The position numbers and the translations under genes are program-made. From assembly GCA_002269645.1 (NCBI GenBank), contig NIVC01000041.1, positions 248,001 through 312,000 of the forward strand: a stretch of 64,000 nucleotides of DNA, in the 5' to 3' direction. The stretch comes from Macrostomum lignano (taxonomy: Eukaryota). Below, in pieces: positions 58,201 to 64,000 of the stretch; position 1 is the stretch's first letter; every line of letters begins with the position of its first letter. The notes beneath the pieces were generated by a model. The model made no database searches, had not been told where the DNA came from, and saw only the letters and a program-made list of their open reading frames with translations.

Positions 58201-59451
58201 CCAGCAGCGCGGCAGACGGCGACCGGGACATGCCAGCAGTGCCAGCGGCGCTCGGCATCAGCTGGGTGGCGCTGCGTTTCACCTGCTGGCGAGATGCTGT
58301 CGACGAAGGAGGCGGCGGAACTGGCGGCGGCTGTCGCTTGGTGAACAGTCGTATCAGCTGCTCCTTCTGGGCCCCGTTAGCAGCCTGATGAGTGCCGGCA
58401 GACTCGCAGGACATCCTAAACAGGAACTGCTGCAGCTCCACCGGCCTGCGAAAGTACCTGGCCTCGCGCAGCGACCGCCGCAAATTTCTATAATTAGCAA
58501 CGTCCAATTCGCGATGCTGTTCGCGAAATCGCCGGCACAGCTGATCGTCAATGTCCGCCTCGGTGAACACTTCGCCAGTGTCGTGGGCGTCGATAACTCG
58601 GCAGCAGAATTGCACCTGGCGGTGAAAATATAAAAACTATATTTGCAAGTTTGTGGGTTGTGCACGCAGGCACTCACTCATACACTCGCTCACACAGGGT
58701 GTACAGCGGCCCTGACTGTCTAATCATCAGGTATGTACACTCTCTGTGCCTTGGAGGTTGGCCCTCATAAGGTTTGAATTTTAGTGTATACCACAGATAT
58801 TTAGCAAAACAGCTTTCTACTTTCAGTTCAGTAGCAAAGAAGAATATATAAGCTATTTTATAAAAATTAAGGCGGCTGAAATGACTTTGATAAGTTTAAA
58901 AGACCAAAGCTTGCAGGCGTAAACAACTTGCTAATTGGACAAGCAATAATGTACATTAGCCAGCCACTGAAATGTACATGGCAGCTTTAGGCTGGAATTC
59001 CGAGAAAGGCAATAAAAAATGGGGCGAGACGGAGGGGTAGTGTGGAAAGGCGCGGTTGGAGGCTTCAAGCTGGGGCCGGGGTAAGAGCCAATAAATGAGC
59101 CTTGGCTTTAAAATACATTAAAATGCTGAAGTTTAACTTACTACTGAACTGAAAGTAGCTTACACGCAAATTTGCTGAGTGGCCCGTTTAGTTATTCTAG
59201 TTATCCGTGTGTGTACACAAGCCCAAATGAATGTGTTTGCGCATGGAATCAAAGCAGGGGTCGTCCCGTAACCTCACCTGCCGACGGAGCTCAGGCGAGT
59301 CTGCCTGCAACCTGCAGGTTTCGAGAATTTTGAGGCACAGCCGCTGAACATTGCTAGCTATGGAGTGACCGCCGTAGCTTCTTGGCGCTGAATTGGCGCT
59401 GCTTCCGCTGCCGCCGCTTCCGCCATTGGCAGCAGCCTCTCCAGCTAACAT
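46213..59451 (-). CDS. TUBGCP3: Gamma-tubulin complex component 3 (Spc98/GCP3), 6 exons, 964 aa
   Basis: Exons 59451-59278, 58615-57947, 57420-56840, 55415-54975, 54696-54104, 46649-46213 sum to 2895 nt. Motifs LLRELLYCLQGIDG, CRWILDGELEDTCQEFFV, ILLTGKAINFL, RRYLLLGQGDF, PGDTGWDVFSLYY, YLRAFNFLWR, QYYVSFETLECAW, SLRFLSTRIDFNGHY. Confidence 0.95.
46727..46744 (+). promoter_or_regulatory. Primer-binding site TGGCGACCACGCCAGGAC (tRNA-Arg-like)
   Basis: Lies 1 nt after the LTR-terminal ...CTTTCTTTACA; complementary to a tRNA 3' end ...GUCCUGGCGUGGUCGCCA, of the tRNA-Arg type. Isoacceptor assignment is from memory. Confidence 0.75.
47139..48620 (+). pseudogene. gag: Gypsy gag (capsid-like region plus CCHC zinc knuckle) with an in-frame stop
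   Basis: FDGKEEL..FVARVD capsid motif; CFKCRQPGHLKRNC; premature TAA at 48015-48017 with the frame continuing. Confidence 0.9.
48551..52412 (+). pseudogene. pol: Gypsy pol (PR-RT-RH-IN), -1 frame relative to gag, inactivated
   Basis: In-frame stops at 49259 (TAG), 49907 (YW*, probably CAG>TAG) and 51864 (TGA, probably TGG). Frameshifts near 50684, 51236 and 51470. Confidence 0.93.
53499..53773 (+). mobile_element. Truncated 3' LTR (U3 part) preceded by the polypurine tract AGGGAGGG (53487-53494)
   Basis: Starts TGTAATGAAATTATAGCTCG; aligns with solo LTR 62969-~63251 and stops at a host minisatellite. Confidence 0.9.
53772..54062. repeat. 23-bp minisatellite (GCCATAGATTAGCAATCCACAGA), TUBGCP3 intron 5
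   Basis: Period 23 at 53821 and 53844. Confidence 0.93.
54725..54865. repeat. 20-bp minisatellite (GGGTGAGATTTTGGTAGCTT), TUBGCP3 intron 4
   Basis: About 7 copies, direct reading. Confidence 0.9.
55590..56790. repeat. 35-bp minisatellite (TGATGAACAGAAAGGGGAATTCAGAACTCAGTTAC), TUBGCP3 intron 3
   Basis: Period 35 at 55621 and 55656; variant pairs recur at ~55750, 55997 and 56347. Confidence 0.95.
57470..57830. repeat. ~32-bp degenerate array (AACTGAGAATCAAAGAGGGGAATTTAGCCTCC), TUBGCP3 intron 2
   Basis: Direct reading. Confidence 0.85.
58820..59155. mobile_element. MITE (Tc1/mariner-type, TA TSD) in TUBGCP3 intron 1
   Basis: Perfect 18-bp inverted pair CTACTTTCAGTTCAGTAG (58817-58834) and CTACTGAACTGAAAGTAG (59141-59158); TA at 58818-19 and 59156-57. 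Confidence 0.6.
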
Positions 59452-62400
59452 GTCAATCAATCAGTCAGTCAGCTGGCTAATTTCGTGTAGTTATTGAAAT
59501 CGTTTTCTGATATCAAGTTTGTTTAATTTATCTGGAAAATAATGAAAATTGAAATGTTCTTGATTTATTGTTTAAGTTTCATATAAAGAAATATTTTGCT
59601 TTTGAAAAAAATAAAGCAATTGGAATTGATTCTTCACAATCCAAAATGGAAGATCCCAACTATAATACCAAATTTATTAAATGACCCAAATAGGAGTAAA
59701 GTTGCTTTCTTATACTGTAGTTATAGCATGATTTGCTAAGACTATATTGCAGTATTTAATATATTAGCTCACTATTGCTAGGGATTGCATGCACTTATAT
59801 CTATGATAGGCACCTATACTCTATATACGCTAAACTGTTAGAACTATATTGCAGCATTGAATACAATAGCCTATTCTTATTATGAATTTTGACTATTATA
59901 TACATTAATATTCTTTAAATTACTGGGACATGTTATAGTATTGCTTACAATAGTCTACTCTTATAAAGACTTAAAGTGCTAGATATACAACTATCTCCTC
60001 ATGTGCAACTAATGCACCAAAATTAGAAACACTAAGAAATTTGAAACTATCAACTATAATTAATTACCAGAGTATAAAGTTATCTACTTTCAATGTACCA
60101 TCTTTTTATTTAATTGAGGATATTGACTTCATGCCTAAAGATGCCAATGGTTTAGGGAAACATGTTACACAAACATTAATAAATCTTATAGATGATACAA
60201 GTAGTTGATTAAGAAAATAAAGATGATATGCAAATGTTCATTTTACATTTATTCTCTTAACATTCTTAAAATGCTATACCTTACCTTGACTATACTTGTG
60301 AGGACTATCCCTACATATTAAGACTAGGCCATAAGCCTTATCCATAGTACACATTGCCCTAATCTACCAGAGGGATTATACTAAATTTGTTAATATCTAA
60401 CTTGTCAATAAACCTAAAATGTAAGAAATTGGAGGAAGTCAAATTTGTCAATAGTTAAAACAAGCTGAGCAAATTTGTCAACAATTAAAGTAGACTTACT
60501 TAAAGTTGTGATGTATTTCAATAATGTAAAATTGTTTTTACTTAATGAGCAAATCATTGTTAGACTTCATATGACTTCATGAATATACATGCAATAACAA
60601 TTTGGGCAATTTTTACTATTTACATAGTTGTACATAGTTAAATATTCAGATATATATTATACATGTATATCCAGAGTCTGTCAGGGTCAATTGTACAGCT
60701 TGTGTGCTGCATATATGCTTTGTTACACTTACACTTGCAGTCACCACCCATTGTAAATAAGGGGGCTGATATATCCAAATTATAAATTAGGTGATTGGTT
60801 AATAACTTTTTGCTCTTGTAATTATCAGTATAGCTGACTGTTGTAGCATCTGCAAACCAATGGTACAACCTTGTGAACATGCACTTCTCAATCTCTGTCA
60901 TGATTGCCACCAATGGATATATTAAGTTTGCCTAAAAGGTACAGTTTGCCTGTGCATATATATATATATACTGCATGTACATAGTATACAAATTTCATGT
61001 CCCTGGAAGAGGGAGACATTTGCCTAGAAATGCCCTACATATATATGCTGCAAGCCAGATAGTGTCTAACTGGACAATGTCTAGCCAGACAGTGTCCAGC
61101 CAGACTATTTCTAGCCAGATGGTTTCTAATTAGATGGTGTCCAGCCAGAGATATCTAGCTAGATGTGTCCAACATGAGATAAAACTTAAAAGCTTCAACA
61201 GGAAGGTCTGTAATAGATAAATAGGCTTGAAAATACATGTACTCTATATAGAAGTAGGTACATGTACATGTAGATGCATATATATATATATTTATATGGC
61301 ACCATAATTAAAATGGATTAATAGGCATTTTTAACCAACTAGGCAGTAAAGGACTCTCTAAAGCAGCTGATGTTTCTATCTTTTTTGCCTAGCCACACCA
61401 TGCATGCAATATTTGGCTACTTAGTGCAGTAGATGTAGGACCTATAGATGTGCCATGTATACAAATATGCCAAAGCCATTTGGCTAGACCACCCAATTTG
61501 GAGTGTCCACAATGTTAGCATCTACAAGTGTAGCATGCAGACAAAGAATAAGGTTGAACTTGAAGGCTGGCACTGTCATTTGAAAACACATGTCTACAGA
61601 GGCCAGTTATAGCTATACATGCTTTTAGAGCTGCTTTATAAAGAGGCTCTATTGGCAGACATATAGGCCTAGCTACCTAGCTTATTTTGCAAGGCAAAAA
61701 TGGCCAAATGAAATATGCCAAGTATTGTCAAATAGACAATCAATTGAAAGCAATATATTGCAAATATGACAATTAGGAGCTGACACCTATGGAGCTTCTC
61801 CAAAAGTGCAGCATGGTATATTAAATTTTTAGTTTTCAAGTCTAATTTTTTAATTCTTTAGTTTTTATAGTTTAGAGACAGTATTAGAGTTTTTTTCATT
61901 TTTAAAAATGTTTGAATTTTAAATTTTTTATTTTAATTGTTATTTTAACTTTAATTTTGCATAAAAATGAATATATAAATAACCATGCATCTGCTTTAAT
62001 TTTAATTTCAAAATAGGCTTTTGTATTTCATTTTTATATTTTTTAGTATTAGTATTTTGTATATACCATTTTTAATACTATACATATAAATATATTAGAT
62101 AGTCAAATAACCAAATTTACCAACAATGTCTAATAAGGTAGCTTTGTTGACAAATTTGGTGGAACCCTACCAGAGTAGCTATCCAATCTATCCAATTAGC
62201 TTTTAGAAAAAAATGGTATGGCAGATAGCAATATAATACATATAGACTTGTTGTTTAGATAATTTAAAGACAGTTTTTTTATAATGTATATACTTGATAA
62301 AATTAAAATACTCCTTTAGAAATCTAAAAGCAAAATAGCATCTTTTAAATGGGACATGAAAAATATGAAAGTTGTCTTTGCAATGATTAGGCCTAGCTGC

Positions 62401-62968
62401 CTAGGCAGATATCCAAAATTGTTTGTTTGCTAATCCAACAGATTCCAATTAGGCCTAAAGGAAAAAAAGAAGCTCATCAACTAAACTGGTAGTTTGCCTA
62501 ATAGATGCTGGATTCTTGAAGAGAAAAAGAAAAAGAAACTCCATTTTGTCTCTCTTCGCTGTTTGTTTAATCAATAATCTGCCAACTAATTGCTAGGCCT
62601 ATGTTATGTTTTATTGCTTAGTTTCATAGGTGATAGGCCTAGTCAATTTGTGTTTTTTATCCTAATTGCAAATATCGGCCAACTCAGCTCATATTTTCTA
62701 TTCTTTTTATTAGGGCCTATAGGAATAAATTTAGTAACTTGACATACTGAAATACAGTTCAAAAGAACGATGCACGCTAAAAATCGATTTTTTCGCACTT
62801 TTTAATTTTTATATCTGACTCTCCAGCTAAATTTATTTGAATAATCGGAGATACTTCTCCTCGATTAGGCCCTAATCTACTTCAGCTTTTGGAGACAGGA
62901 GAGAGGAGACTGAGGAGAGTAAGGAAGTGGCTAGATAAATCTCCGCTCCGGAATGATTCTAAATCTTG

Positions 62969-63583
62969 TGTAATGAAATTATAGCTCGATTTTGAAATCT
63001 TGTACTTTATTTAGAATTTTTTAGTTTTATATTGTATTTATATTATTTTCCATACATATCCCTCATTCTGTAATATTGTAGTAGTATATTCGTACGTTAT
63101 CTACTTATTTTGTTATTATTTAGTTTATAAGAAATATATTCAAATTGGAAAGAGCGTCGCGCTGCGACGGTTCGACGGTCAACTCTGGCTACTGGATCGT
63201 GAGTCACAACGTAGCTTAGCGTCTTAACACTTAATAACAGCATTCATTAGCATTAGATTTTAGCATTAGAGCCTTAGGTTTATCCACTTTAGTATTCTAC
63301 TTCATTAGATCATTGACGTTAATAAAAACGCCCAACTAAGTAGTCACAGTTGCAGTCAATCGTTCGAGTGCTCGCTCAAGTTATTAGCATATTGAATTGA
63401 ATTACTTCACTTATTATTATTCAATTCGACTTCAAATCTGATTGCCATACTTCTTATCGACTTTATTTTTGGAGAAAATAATTGGCGACCACACCTAGTT
63501 TCTATATCCTACTACACAGTACACATTCGAGCCCAACATTTTGAAAATTCAAACAAGACCCAAACCAAACCACTTTCTTTACA
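62969..63583 (+). mobile_element. Solo LTR (615 bp) of the same Gypsy family
   Basis: TGTA...TACA termini and a 4-bp TSD CTTG on both sides (62965-68, 63584-87). The 5' part matches 53499-53773 and the last 11 nt match 46715-46725. Confidence 0.93.
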
Positions 63584-63805
63584 CTTGTGGTTCGTTTCCT
63601 AGAAATAATAGCTCGTAAAAAGCAGTATATTGAAACAAAATAATAAGTATTCCTTATATACGCATGAATGTTACGGTAATATCAACAGTGAATGACCGTT
63701 TAGTGGCTAATATAATCTGGTAGCCTATATAGTCTAGGACAAATATTAGTGGACAGTCCGATTAGTCTTAACTTTCACATAAATTCCTTACATCACTGCA
63801 TATCA

Positions 63806-64000
63806 TCCATATTCTATTACTATAAGCTGAAGTTTCGGTCATGACGCACTCTCGTTCGCTAATTTTGCATATTGGACATTGAAAAATCAACGACGTACAG
63901 AATTCCAATTAAAAGCAAGTAAGCAAGTCCGTAGCAAAAAACTTACCATTTTTTGGCTTGGGTTTTTTGAAAAAAAACTTGTTTAGACGATTTTAGGCAA
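63806..64000 (+). mobile_element. Helitron-like 5' end running off the window (tentative)
   Basis: A|TCCATATTCTATTACTATAAGCTGAAG resembles non-autonomous Helitron 5' termini. Confidence 0.3.

Overview
Eukaryotic (metazoan) genomic DNA. GC-rich exons, tandem-repeat-filled introns and very short introns suggest a free-living flatworm such as Macrostomum; this is an inference, not a database result. Five spliced genes can be assembled with phase-consistent GT-AG junctions: ARPC1 (+, with a 1-nt frameshift in exon 2), a DNAJC4-like J-domain gene (+), UAP1 (+), a TMC-family channel (+) and TUBGCP3 (-). There is also an unidentified multi-exon gene (-) and one initiator tRNA-Met. Mobile DNA: a decayed Ty3/Gypsy element in the last TUBGCP3 intron, a solo LTR of the same family with a 4-bp TSD, a 6-kb patchwork of mariner and P-element/THAP9 fragments in UAP1 intron 3, and MITE-, Helitron- and LINE-like remnants. 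Most notable: (i) 18 of 20 introns, plus the spacers between co-oriented genes, each carry their own tandem array, and some arrays are built from splice-site sequence; (ii) two mirror-image, repeat-free CpG deserts of about 2.6-3 kb lie upstream of ARPC1 and TUBGCP3, each with a TAGG(G)CCTA cluster at its distal edge; (iii) ARPC1-DnaJ-UAP1 are packed like an operon. All counts were made by eye and need computational confirmation.
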